DNA from: Minisyncoccota bacterium
GTDB taxonomy: Bacteria > Patescibacteriota > Minisyncoccia > Phycocordibacterales > Phycocordibacteraceae
DNA: 64,000 nt
Direction of reading: 5' to 3'
NCBI GenBank assembly: GCA_035548315.1
Contig: DASZTF010000148.1
Coordinates: 21,292 to 85,291 of the forward strand
The position numbers and the translations under genes are program-made. The notes under the pieces are model-generated. The model was not told where the DNA came from and searched no databases. It worked only from the letters and a program-made list of their open reading frames with translations. Below, one piece after another: positions 41,401-50,623 of this stretch (position 1 is its first letter; each line of letters begins with the position of its first letter).

Positions 41401-41463
41401 ACTCCTCCGTGGTAGAGTGCGCCCGGGTCAACAGATCCGTTTGAAACCAAGAGGGCTATCGAA

Positions 41464-42600
41464 ATGCATAATCCAGTGATAGTGGACGGGAAGACGATGT
41501 CCTTTTTCATCCGTCGCCCGTCGAACTTCCACGCACACCTGCGCCGCGACGAACTCATGCGCGCGATCGCGAAACATCTCATGCAGTACGTGCTGTATCT
41601 GCTCGTGATGCCGAACACCGGGCCTATCAAGACCCTGGCAGAGGCGCTCGCCCACTACGACGAGCTCATGGAGATCGCACGTACTGAAGGCCTCACGAAG
41701 CTGGTACTCATCATGACGCTCTACCACACGGCGGAGATCAATGCCGAGGTGATCGAAGCGATGGCCAAGCATGCGGTGACGTTTGCAATCAAGCACTATC
41801 CGCCGGCAAAGGGCCTGACCACGGGAAGCGGGCTCAGCCTCCCGCTCGATGATCCGCGCAGCGCGTATATGCTCGACAGCATGGCGGCGAACGGCATCCG
41901 TCTCCTCGGTCACTTCGAAGATGCGGTGGACAAATACAATCGCCCACTCCATCCGACCGAAGGCGAAGCGCACTACGTCACGAACAAGCTGTGGCGCATC
42001 CGCGATCGTCATCCGGACCTGTTGATCAGCTGCGAGCACGCGAGCGTCAGGGAAACGGTCGAGTTCGTGAAAGCGGACACGAGCGGCAGGACGGTGCTCA
42101 CGGCCACGCCGCAGCACTCGCTCTGCACGGTGAACGACCTCGAAACGTCGTGGGGCCACTTGCTCAAATGCAAGCCGTACCCGCAGACCGAAGAGAACCG
42201 CGCGGTCATCGATGCGTTCATCACCTCGGGTGACTTCCGGGCCATCGCAGGCGATGACACGGCCGCTCATCTGATGAGCCTCAAGACGGCTGGGTTCGAA
42301 AAGGCACCATTCGGTGCGTTCTGGACGTGGCACAGCATCACTGCCTACGCGAAGGTCTTCGAGCGTGCGGGTGCGCTCCATAACCTGGAGAAGTTCCTAT
42401 CTCTCAATGGCCCGCGCTGGTGGGGACTGCCCGAGCCGGCGAATGATGACATGGTCGAGATCTATCGCGAGACCGTGTACGACATCCCGGATCCGGTTCC
42501 TGTGCCGGCGTTGAACGACAGCGTGCTCCCGGTCGGCTGGAGTACTCAGCCGGATCGGCTTCAGATCGGCTGGGGCATTCGCGAAAGGCTCGCTGCATAA
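41464..42600 (+). CDS. pyrC: Dihydroorotase, homodimeric (E. coli-type)
   Basis: RPSNFHAHLR, VMPN, IKHYP...TTGS, HFE, CEH, TPQH, CKP, GDDTAAH, SLNGP. Confidence 0.9.
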   Translation: MHNPVIVDGKTMSFFIRRPSNFHAHLRRDELMRAIAKHLMQYVLYLLVMPNTGPIKTLAEALAHYDELMEIARTEGLTKLVLIMTLYHTAEINAEVIEAMAKHAVTFAIKHYPPAKGLTTGSGLSLPLDDPRSAYMLDSMAANGIRLLGHFEDAVDKYNRPLHPTEGEAHYVTNKLWRIRDRHPDLLISCEHASVRETVEFVKADTSGRTVLTATPQHSLCTVNDLETSWGHLLKCKPYPQTEENRAVIDAFITSGDFRAIAGDDTAAHLMSLKTAGFEKAPFGAFWTWHSITAYAKVFERAGALHNLEKFLSLNGPRWWGLPEPANDDMVEIYRETVYDIPDPVPVPALNDSVLPVGWSTQPDRLQIGWGIRERLAA

Positions 42601-42614
42601 ACAAAAGTGCATCA

Positions 42615-42650
42615 AACCCCAGGAAGAGACACTTGTCTCGACCTGGGGTT
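42615..42650 (+). terminator. Hairpin after pyrC
   Basis: AACCCCAGG..GAGAC/GTCTC..CCTGGGGTT followed by a T-rich tract. Confidence 0.6.
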
Positions 42651-42707
42651 CGTTGTTTCTATGCGCGCCCATGGTAGAGTGCGCTGGTACCGTAAAGGGA
42701 GGGTGCT

Positions 42708-42836
42708 ATGACGACGTTATTGGGGCGTATGCGTCCCGAACGCATGTCGTTCGGTGCAGTACTTGTTCTGTCTGTTGCGTTTTGGGTCTCGGAGAAGTGC
42801 GACACCGTCGTACGGCTGTTCCGGAAACAGAAATAA
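42708..42836 (+). CDS. Putative 42-aa single-TM small protein
   Basis: Not in the ORF track. MTTLLGRMRPERMSFGAVLVLSVAFWVSEKCDTVVRLFRKQK; SD GGGAGG, extended -10 TGGTAGAGT upstream, hairpin at 42856-42882 downstream. Confidence 0.5.
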   Translation: MTTLLGRMRPERMSFGAVLVLSVAFWVSEKCDTVVRLFRKQK

Positions 42837-42891
42837 CTCCGACCTCTATGCGAAACGCCCCGGCCATTTCTGGTCCGGGGCGTGCTTTTTA

Positions 42892-44871
42892 TTAAATCGC
42901 CATCGGGTCTTCGAGACCGCCGGCAGTGCCCGGTGCGATGGTGATGCCCTCGTCGTACGCCTCTGGCTTCTTGGGCTCGATGCCATTCAAGAGGAGAAGC
43001 TTCTCGAAGTCCTCGCGCTCGATGGTCTCCACCTCCACCAGCTTCTTGGCGATCGAATCGAGCGCCTTGCGGTGATCTTTGAGCACCTTGGTCGCGCGGA
43101 CGCGCGCGTCTTCCAAGATGCGGGTGACTTCCTCGTCGATCTTCGCCGCGATTTCCTGCGAGTACTTCGCGCCGCCGAACTCCGTCTGGTCTGCGGCGAA
43201 TGCTACCGGGCCCACTTTGTCCGACATGCCGTAGCGGCCCACCATATCCCGCGCGAGCGCAGTGATGACGGCGAGGTCGTTACTCGGACCGGTCGTGAGA
43301 TCATCGAACACCATTTCTTCCGCCACATACCCGCCGAGCGTGCCCGCGATGTCGTCGAGGAAGCGCTTGCGCGACTGCATCTTCTTATCATCGAATGGCA
43401 GCTTGAGGGTGTACCCCGCTGCCCTACCGCGACTTATGATGGAAATTTTATGCACCGGATCGGCGTGCGGGAGCACAGATGACACGAGTGCGTGGCCCGC
43501 TTCGTGATACGCCGTGAGCTCCTTCTCGCGCTTATTCAGCAAATGCGACTTGCGCTCGGGACCGAGCATCACCTTCTCGATAGAGCGGATGAGGTCGTAC
43601 TGCGTGATCTCCTTGCGGCTCTCGCGTGCAGCGAGGATGGCCGCTTCATTCATAAGCGAGTAGAGTTCCGCACCCGAGAATCCTGGCGTACGCTCGGCGA
43701 TCACCGAGAGGTTCACATCGGCGCCGAACGGCTTCTTACGCGCGTGGATCTTCAGGATGTCTTCGCGATCCTTGCGGTCCGGAAGATCAATCACCACACG
43801 GCGGTCGAATCGTCCGGGGCGCAGGAGCGCCGGGTCGAGCACGTCCGGGCGGTTGCTTGCCGCCATCACGATCACCTTCTCCGTGGGCTCGAATCCATCC
43901 ATCTCCACGAGAATCTGGTTGAGCGTCTGCTCGCGCTCGTCGTTCCCGCCGCCCACGCCCGTGCCACGCACGCGGCCCACCGCATCGATCTCATCGACGA
44001 AGATAATTGCCGGCGCTGCGCGCTTGGCCATCTGGAAGAGGTCGCGCACGCGCGAGGCACCCACACCCACAAACATCTCCACGAACTCTGATCCGCTGAT
44101 GGAAAAGAACGGCACGCCTGCTTCTCCCGCGACCGCGCGTGCAAGCAGCGTCTTACCGGTGCCCGGCGCACCCATGAGGATGATGCCCTTCGGGATGCGT
44201 GCACCGATATCGAGGAATTTCTTAGGATTCCGCAGGAAATCTACAATTTCTACCAACTCTTCCTTTGCTTCCTTCGCGCCCGCGACATCGGCGAACGTCA
44301 CGCGTTGCGAGGTATCGGCAGGATCGATCATGCGCGCCTTACTCTGGCCGAAGGTGAATGCCTGCATGCCCGCGCCACGCACCTGGCGCGTGAGGAACCA
44401 GAACAGCACGCCGAGGAAGATCACGGGGAGGATGAACGGTGCGAGCGTCACGAACCAGAACTTCCATCCGGTATCACTTGCGATGGTGATGTCGACCTTC
44501 CCGAGCTGCTCGGGAGTGACGCCGTAGGTGGCGAGCGTCTCCGGAAGTCCGGTCGAGGGATCTTTGGTGGAATCTTTCTCACCGCCGTTCACGTAATCGA
44601 CCGTGAGGCTGTCGCCGTCTACCGTGACCGACTTCACGCTACCTGCTTTCACATCTGCCGCCACCTGCGAGAGCGGGATGGTCTGGGTCTTGCTGCCCGA
44701 CGTCGCGATGAGCGTGTATGCGCTCATGAGGATGAGGAATATGAGGATGGTGGAGATGAGGTTCGCCATGAAGCCTCCCCCGCCCGGTAGGAATCGGCGC
44801 GGATCGCGCGGGCCCGGAACCTTGGATTTCTTGGACTGCTTCTTGTTGTTCGGTGCGGTCGGTGCAGGCAT
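42892..44871 (-). CDS. ftsH: ATP-dependent zinc metalloprotease FtsH
   Basis: [27 protein letters not shown]. Confidence 0.98.
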   Translation of the reverse strand: MPAPTAPNNKKQSKKSKVPGPRDPRRFLPGGGGFMANLISTILIFLILMSAYTLIATSGSKTQTIPLSQVAADVKAGSVKSVTVDGDSLTVDYVNGGEKDSTKDPSTGLPETLATYGVTPEQLGKVDITIASDTGWKFWFVTLAPFILPVIFLGVLFWFLTRQVRGAGMQAFTFGQSKARMIDPADTSQRVTFADVAGAKEAKEELVEIVDFLRNPKKFLDIGARIPKGIILMGAPGTGKTLLARAVAGEAGVPFFSISGSEFVEMFVGVGASRVRDLFQMAKRAAPAIIFVDEIDAVGRVRGTGVGGGNDEREQTLNQILVEMDGFEPTEKVIVMAASNRPDVLDPALLRPGRFDRRVVIDLPDRKDREDILKIHARKKPFGADVNLSVIAERTPGFSGAELYSLMNEAAILAARESRKEITQYDLIRSIEKVMLGPERKSHLLNKREKELTAYHEAGHALVSSVLPHADPVHKISIISRGRAAGYTLKLPFDDKKMQSRKRFLDDIAGTLGGYVAEEMVFDDLTTGPSNDLAVITALARDMVGRYGMSDKVGPVAFAADQTEFGGAKYSQEIAAKIDEEVTRILEDARVRATKVLKDHRKALDSIAKKLVEVETIEREDFEKLLLLNGIEPKKPEAYDEGITIAPGTAGGLEDPMAI

Positions 44872-44941
44872 AGTAATGTCGATTCACTATACAACAGACG
44901 TTCTTGAGTATGAAGTGAAGGAACGATGCTATAGTCGACGC

Positions 44942-45388
44942 ATGGCGACACTCATTGCCTACAAAAAAGCCGGGCTCAAATACGAACGACTCGAGGAATT
45001 CGAGGCGGGTATTGAGCTTACCGGTGCAGAGGTAAAAGCAGTGAAAGCAAAGATGGGTCAGCTCGATGGCTCGCGCGTGGTGGTACGCGGCGGCGAAGCG
45101 TACCTCACCGGCGCCACCATCCCTCCCTACCAGGCAGCCAACACCCCGGAGAGCTACGACCCCGCTCGCTCTCGCAGGCTGCTCCTCAAGAAGTCCCAGG
45201 TGGCGCAGCTCGGCGATGCCGATGCAAAGAAAGGCTTGACAATAGTGCCAATTGAAATGTATAATAAGGGTGGCCTGGTGAAGGTGCGCGTGGCGATCGT
45301 GCGCGGTAAGGGTAAGGCCGACCGCCGCGAAGACCTTAAGAAAAAAGACGCCGACCGCGAAGCGCGGCGCATCCTCAAGCAACGGTAG
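44942..45388 (+). CDS. smpB: SsrA-binding protein
   Basis: EAGIELTGAEVKA, R.RRLLL, GLTIVP; adjacent to tmRNA; start reassigned. Confidence 0.95.
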   Translation: MATLIAYKKAGLKYERLEEFEAGIELTGAEVKAVKAKMGQLDGSRVVVRGGEAYLTGATIPPYQAANTPESYDPARSRRLLLKKSQVAQLGDADAKKGLTIVPIEMYNKGGLVKVRVAIVRGKGKADRREDLKKKDADREARRILKQR

Positions 45389-45427
45389 CTCCCAGAAAGC
45401 AGATGAGCGCTGGCTCGTCTTCCTCCT

Positions 45428-45831
45428 GGGGGTGATCGGTTTCGACGGTCTGCTCCTTGAAAACGTGCGACGCCGTGCACGCCCGCTAGCCACGTCAATC
45501 CTTGCGGGCAAAATACTTGCAAACAAAACTGCAAGCGTGAAGTCGCCGTACTTCGGTATGAATGACTTCGCGTTCGCTCTCGCGTAAAAGCTTCGCGCTT
45601 TCGCCTAAGCGACGTTCGTATCTTCTGGATCTCATAGCAGAGGATATGGGCGGAATAATCTGTGAGATCGCCAGCAGGAATTTCCGACCCGCCGGCTAAA
45701 TAAGGAATAAGGCTGAGATGCTTTTGTCAGAGTTTTATATCTCAGTCCGAAAAAATAACTCTGACTACGCGTCGTAGATCCGTTTCAAGCGAACATTCTC
45801 GGACGGGGGTTCAATTCCCCCCGCCTCCACC
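45428..45831 (+). ncRNA. ssrA: tmRNA; tag ANKTASVKSPYFGMNDFAFALA* at 45519-45587
   Basis: 5' GGGGGTGATCGGTTTCGAC; 3' GGACGGGGGTTCAATTCCCCCCGCCTCCACC; G3:U acceptor pair; follows smpB. Confidence 0.95.
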
Positions 45832-45837
45832 TAGTTT

Positions 45838-45867
45838 CATAAAAGCACCCTCGCGGGTGCTTTTATG
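45838..45867 (+). terminator. Terminator after tmRNA
   Basis: CATAAAAGCACCC-tcgc-GGGTGCTTTTATG. Confidence 0.8.
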
Positions 45868-46011
45868 TTGGTGCAGCTTAGCGGATTGGAGGTTCTAACT
45901 TTCTGTAGAAACGTCTGAAAACCGGCTAAATTCTCTCCCCCCCCCACCTCTCGCGAAACACTTTAAAAAGAAAAGCCGTTCACCACACGGCTTTTTCGGT
46001 AAGTGAACGGC

Positions 46012-46263
46012 TCATGCTGCCGTGATGATGTCGCGCACCATCTCTTCGGCGGTCGCCTGGGAGATGTATGCGATGGTGAAGCTCTTGGCGAGAAGCGCGA
46101 TGTCGGTCACACCCTGTCCGTGAAAATGCAGGACCTTCCGCCACGCATTGTCCACAATTTCCTTGACGTGACCTTTTCTCACGCCTTCGGGCATCGAACG
46201 TAACGCATCGGGTAAGGAGCCTTCAGACTCCGCCAGGGCCTTTTCGTACAGCACCTTTTTCAT
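46012..46263 (-). CDS. Small orphan protein (83 aa) with its own promoter, SD and terminator
   Basis: TTGACA-N16-TACTAT and AGGAGG upstream; hairpin at 45970-45997 downstream. Confidence 0.65.
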   Translation of the reverse strand: MKKVLYEKALAESEGSLPDALRSMPEGVRKGHVKEIVDNAWRKVLHFHGQGVTDIALLAKSFTIAYISQATAEEMVRDIITAA

Positions 46264-46419
46264 AGAACCTCCTGATGGAATGAACGAAATTCTTTAATGT
46301 AGATAGTACTCTATATACTATATTTGTCAAGTCTACTATCCAAATTCTTATAAAAAGGAGATTCTAAGCCTTAAATCCTAAGCATTAACTTTTATAAGAA
46401 ATTACCAAATCTTATAGAA

Positions 46420-46950
46420 TTAAGATTTGGCCAAATCTCTAGTTGAAGGTAGCCGGTATCTCGTTCCTCTTAGATATCCTGTTGAAGGAACAATCTGTAT
46501 AAGCAAACCCTGCGTTACCCAATTCTTTAGAATTTGAGTCATCTTATCTCTTTGCACAACACCAGTCACCTCTCGTGCCTCTTCGTTATTGATGTATTTA
46601 TGTTGCTCAAGGTATGCGGAAACCTTTTCCCATTCGGAAGCAATCTTCTGGTTGAGAAGAATGACGCGTAACGAATCTTGAAGTGATGGATACGTAAAGA
46701 AAATTGGAGGGTACAGGTGGTTTCCTTTCATTTCATTCCGCATTGCCGGAACACCTTCATTTTGATCAAGGTTTGGAGGTGATGGAAATTCTCTAAGGTG
46801 TTTAACCCCATGTGGATCGCAGTTCTTGAAGGGATTCACGCCCTTTGGGATATCGCGTATCGCGACGACACCCACGCCGTGCGTGGTCACCGCGAGCCGG
46901 CACCACACCTCGTCGAGTGATTCGAGAAACTGCTGCTTATTCATACCCAT
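46420..46950 (-). pseudogene. Chimeric ORF: N-terminal SET-domain fragment fused in frame to the C-terminal part of an ATP-binding/wHTH regulator-like protein
   Basis: HGVGVVAIRDIPKG is the SET N-motif, but no NHS/ELxxDY motifs follow; GC drops abruptly near 46805, followed by ...NEGVPAMRNEM...YINNEEAREVTG...NWVTQGLL. Confidence 0.55.
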
Positions 46951-47348
46951 TACTGCGTATTCATCGCCGTCACGGTGAGCTGGAGGACGGAGGCGAATGA
47001 CGTCCAGAGCAGGTACGGGATGTTTATATACGCGACCCACGGCGCATACGGATAGATCATGACCATCGCCCAGATAAGGGTGGCCCATACGAGCAGCACG
47101 TCGATCGCCGCGAGCTTGAAGCTGCGCAGGCGGAACTGGATCGGGGTGAATGCGACGTTGAAAATAAGATTCAGCACGAATGGCAGCACGACGAACAGCG
47201 GGAATCCGGCCGTGAAATATGTGTACGCCACGTACCCGAATGAAATAGCGATCAGAATATAGAGCACCGTCCACACGGGGCCAAAGAGCCACGCGGGCGG
47301 CGCCCACGTAGGCTTCCGATAATTCTGGTATTGAGCTTCCGTACGCAT
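46950..47348 (-). CDS. tspO: TspO/MBR tryptophan-rich sensory protein
   Basis: KPTWAPPAWLFGPVWTVLY, PYLLWTSFA. Confidence 0.92.
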   Translation of the reverse strand: MRTEAQYQNYRKPTWAPPAWLFGPVWTVLYILIAISFGYVAYTYFTAGFPLFVVLPFVLNLIFNVAFTPIQFRLRSFKLAAIDVLLVWATLIWAMVMIYPYAPWVAYINIPYLLWTSFASVLQLTVTAMNTQ

Positions 47349-47350
47349 GA

Positions 47351-47722
47351 TTAATTCCCCCATCCTTTCTTCCACATAGCATAGACGGCAAACGTCACCG
47401 CAAGGAAGAAGAACGAGAGCGCGATTTCCCAGGCAGGGCTTGCCGCAAAGTAGTGACACGCTGCAGCACCCACGCAGTCGATCGCGTAGCCCGCGAAGGC
47501 CCATTCCTTAATGGTGCGCCAGCGGGTCTGGATGATTGCAAACGCAGCGAGTACTTTAGCCGTACCCACGATGGTCATCACGTAGAGCGGCATAGTGAGC
47601 TGCACGAATATTGCGACCCCCGCTGAGGTATGCACGATGCCCGCGACGCCATCGCCCAAGAGCCAGAGGCAGAAGAGCGCGGTAACCACCCAGTAGGTAA
47701 TGCGTTTTGCTTTTGGAGTCAT
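47351..47722 (-). CDS. DoxX-like membrane protein
   Basis: YWVVTAL, P.Y...IVGTAKVL, IKEWAFAG. Confidence 0.85.
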   Translation of the reverse strand: MTPKAKRITYWVVTALFCLWLLGDGVAGIVHTSAGVAIFVQLTMPLYVMTIVGTAKVLAAFAIIQTRWRTIKEWAFAGYAIDCVGAAACHYFAASPAWEIALSFFFLAVTFAVYAMWKKGWGN

Positions 47723-47793
47723 ACACGTAGTATAGCCGACACAAAAGAATCACCGCAGTACTGCGGTGATTCTTCTTACACTCGAGGGAATGC

Positions 47794-48420
47794 TTAGTCG
47801 AGCTTGAGGGTAGTGGCGACGCTCTCGATGAACGCCGGGGACGTGGTGCCCACAAGGACGAACGAGGAGAAGGTCGGGTACACGAACACGCCCTGGTAGC
47901 GGACCGGTGTCGCCGTGGTGTCGGTCGAGTTGAAGACATAGATCGGGCCGTACGTGCTGGTGCTCGTCGTGCCGGTCGTGAGGTTTTTCTTGGTGAGCGT
48001 CATGTTCACCACCTCACCCTTGGTGCTGCCCGTGGTGTACTCCGCCACGACAGGATTGGTGCAGGTGATGGTGAATCCTGCGCTATCGGAGCCGCAGAGG
48101 CTGCCGAGCTGCTTCTTTACGAATGCATCGAAGCTCACCGGCGCAGCGACATCCGGGTCGGACTTGTAGCGGACGACATCCACGAGTGGGATGAAGCCCG
48201 CGTTCTGATAGTTCTCACCGAGCGAAACGACGCCAGTCGCGTACTCCTTTGCTTCGTAGGTACGTGGGTACTCGAACGTAAAGTTACCCGACTGGAAGCT
48301 CGAGACTTCCGTGAGGATAGGACCGGGGCGCGTGCGGATGTAATGGTTCACCCCAAGCACGACCACGATAATGGCAAGAAGACCGACCAGATACCAGCGA
48401 TATTTCATGATGTATGACAT
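47794..48420 (-). CDS. Membrane-anchored hypothetical protein (PsbP-like)
   Basis: N-terminal TM, FTFEYP, C-terminal FIESVATTL. Confidence 0.7.
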   Translation of the reverse strand: MSYIMKYRWYLVGLLAIIVVVLGVNHYIRTRPGPILTEVSSFQSGNFTFEYPRTYEAKEYATGVVSLGENYQNAGFIPLVDVVRYKSDPDVAAPVSFDAFVKKQLGSLCGSDSAGFTITCTNPVVAEYTTGSTKGEVVNMTLTKKNLTTGTTSTSTYGPIYVFNSTDTTATPVRYQGVFVYPTFSSFVLVGTTSPAFIESVATTLKLD

Positions 48421-48561
48421 GCCCCCTATTCTGCCATGGGGAGGCCCGCTCGGGAAGTCCCTTCATGCTGGCTCCATGTAGGGTGGTGCATGGTGCTTTG
48501 AGCGCGCGTAGGGGCGGGTCCCCCCGCCCTGCCGGCGCTTATTCAGTAACACCACTTCCCC

Positions 48562-48864
48562 ATGGACACTCGTGAAAGCAATCTCGCCTGGTGGATCGCC
48601 GGCATTCTGCTCATCCTGCTTATCATCGTGGGCTACCTCTGGCTTTCAGAGAAACAGAGCCTCCCGACCGTGCTTGAAAATGGCCAGTCGGCTATCGCTG
48701 CCGAGCGCGACCAGATCGAGCAAGACTGTCACCCCGACATGAAGTCCGCTGCCTGCCAGCAGGATCTCTCGGACCTCTCGAGCATCCTTGCGCAGTTCAG
48801 CACCGACATCCAGAACGCATCGACGACCGCTTCGACGACCACGTCGGGCAGCATGGGCTACTAA
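48562..48864 (+). CDS. Small membrane-anchored hypothetical protein
   Basis: N-terminal TM and two Cys; hairpin at 48878-48914 follows. Confidence 0.7.
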   Translation: MDTRESNLAWWIAGILLILLIIVGYLWLSEKQSLPTVLENGQSAIAAERDQIEQDCHPDMKSAACQQDLSDLSSILAQFSTDIQNASTTASTTTSGSMGY

Positions 48865-48952
48865 TTTGATTTGACGCAGGAAACCGCGCGGCCCAGGGGC
48901 CCGCGCGGTTTCCTATTCCCCAATTTTGTGCTAGAATGAGAGCTCCAACGCT

Positions 48953-49525
48953 TTGACGCAAGAACCTGTACGCATCAATAGAGAGATCCGCGCGAAGGAA
49001 CTTCGCGTGGTCGGCGCCGAGGGAGAAAACCTCGGTGTGCTTCCCTTTGCCGAGGCGCTCCGCGTGGCTGAAACGGCCGGCCTCGACCTCATCGAGATCA
49101 GCCCGAACGCCGTCCCCCCGGTTGCGAAAGTGATGGATTATGGTAAATTCGAATACGAACGGAGCAAGAAGGAGAAGGCCGTAAAGGCCAAGGCCAAGGT
49201 CTCGGAGACCAAGGAAGTGCAGATCAAGGTGGGTACCGGCGAGAACGACATGAAGCTCAAGGCCAAGAAGGCCGCTGAGTGGCTCGCCGAGGGACACCGC
49301 GTCCGCGCGGAGCTCTTCCTCAAGGGCCGTTACAAGGGCATGGACGAGGCGTTCCTCAAGTCCCGGCTCGAGAAATTCCTCGTTCTGATCCCGTACGCCT
49401 ACAAGATGGCGGAACCGGTGACCAAGAGCCCGAAGGGGTTCGCCGGCGTCATCGAACGGGACCAACAAGCGCAAGCGAAGCGCGAAAAATCGCAAGAGAA
49501 ACCGCAACCAACCCATGAAAACTAA
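48953..49525 (+). CDS. infC: Translation initiation factor IF-3 (probable TTG start)
   Basis: RINREIRAKELRVV, PPVAKVMDYGKF; precedes rpmI-rplT. Confidence 0.96.
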   Translation: MTQEPVRINREIRAKELRVVGAEGENLGVLPFAEALRVAETAGLDLIEISPNAVPPVAKVMDYGKFEYERSKKEKAVKAKAKVSETKEVQIKVGTGENDMKLKAKKAAEWLAEGHRVRAELFLKGRYKGMDEAFLKSRLEKFLVLIPYAYKMAEPVTKSPKGFAGVIERDQQAQAKREKSQEKPQPTHEN

Positions 49526-49712
49526 CAAGTCATACACCAAGCGCGTCCGCGTCACCAAGAACGGCAAACTTATTGCACGCAAGCCGGGTCAGAACCATTT
49601 CAATGCAAAAGAGCGCAGCAACACCAAGGGTGCTAAGCGCCGCGCGGTTTCGCTTGCGGTTTCTAACCGCGTGCTCCGCCGCTTCTTCCCGGGTACCAAG
49701 GTCGCTAAGTAA
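49515..49712 (+). CDS. rpmI: 50S ribosomal protein L35
   Basis: MKTNKSYTKRVRVTKNGK; synteny. Confidence 0.93.
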   Translation: MKTNKSYTKRVRVTKNGKLIARKPGQNHFNAKERSNTKGAKRRAVSLAVSNRVLRRFFPGTKVAK

Positions 49713-49723
49713 CCTACTAATAT

Positions 49724-50071
49724 ATGTCACGAGTCAAAGGAGGAGTTATCGCCGCTAAGCGCCGCCGTTCGGTGCTGAAGCGCGCCAAGGGCTACCGCGG
49801 TATCCGCTCCAAGAAGGAGCGTTTCGCGAAGGAAGCGTTGGTCCACGCCGGCAAGTCCCAGTTCAACGACCGCCGTGCGAAGAAGACCGATTTCCGCCAG
49901 CTCTGGATCGTCCGCGTGAATGCTGCGGTCCGCGAGAACGGCTTCAAGTCGTACTCGAGCTTCATGAACAAGCTCAAGAAAGCGCGTATCGAGCTCGACC
50001 GCAAGTCCCTCGCCACCCTCGCGAAGGACCACCCAGAGACCTTCGCCCGCATCGTCAAGCAGGTCGCGTAA
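49724..50071 (+). CDS. rplT: 50S ribosomal protein L20
   Basis: MSRVKGG, FRQLWIVRVNAA. Confidence 0.97.
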   Translation: MSRVKGGVIAAKRRRSVLKRAKGYRGIRSKKERFAKEALVHAGKSQFNDRRAKKTDFRQLWIVRVNAAVRENGFKSYSSFMNKLKKARIELDRKSLATLAKDHPETFARIVKQVA

Positions 50072-50094
50072 GCACCCGCTTCCCCGCTCCAAGC

Positions 50095-50120
50095 AAAACC
50101 GCCCCTTACGGGGCGGTTTT
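50095..50120. terminator. Bidirectional terminator
   Basis: AAAACCGCCCC-ttac-GGGGCGGTTTT. Confidence 0.8.
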
Positions 50121-50623
50121 CATTTCACTGCTCGGTATCGCTCTTCGATAACCCCCTGGCCAATATCCGTTTTTGAAATGAGAGCAAAGTTTACGAATGT
50201 ATCCCCTGGAAATGGTTCCATGCCCTTCCCTATCGGCAGAGGAAGTCGATGCAGAACGATAAAATCAACACTGCCAGCTTCGAGAAATCTCTTGTTGGTT
50301 TCTGGTCCGCTTGATAACAAGAGGTTATTGCTCGAAGCCTCTGCGTCTCGCACTGAATGCGCGAGCACGTAAACTGGTTTTACGGCGGTTGCGTGATTGC
50401 TGCTGAGCACAATCTTTCTCAGAGCAAGCTGCTCGAACGGGTTCAGAAGTTCTGTCGGATATTTTTGTATTGCTTCATATGTTTTCCGTCCCATGACGAT
50501 CGCATCGTAGTTCTTGAGGAACGCGAGCGTCGTGGCCCAGAGCGTATCGGGTATGAAGTGCTCCAATCCGTTCTCATCGGCAATGAATCCATCACTAGAT
50601 ACGACGTTGAAAAGCGTGATCAT
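50120..50623 (-). CDS. Dihydrofolate reductase / RibD C-terminal family protein
   Basis: VVSSDGFIAD, AIVMGRKTY, P.PIGKG..PF; lower GC than its neighbours. Confidence 0.85.
   Translation of the reverse strand: MITLFNVVSSDGFIADENGLEHFIPDTLWATTLAFLKNYDAIVMGRKTYEAIQKYPTELLNPFEQLALRKIVLSSNHATAVKPVYVLAHSVRDAEASSNNLLLSSGPETNKRFLEAGSVDFIVLHRLPLPIGKGMEPFPGDTFVNFALISKTDIGQGVIEERYRAVK

Noticed and set aside
45868-45900. Degenerate att-like copy of a tRNA/tmRNA 3' end (TGGTGCAGCTTAGCGGATT)
   Set aside because: The similarity is too weak and the orientation does not fit a direct-repeat attR.
46420-47391. 323-aa ORF as a single gene
   Set aside because: Its first ~145 codons overlap tspO in another frame; only 46420-46950 is plausible.
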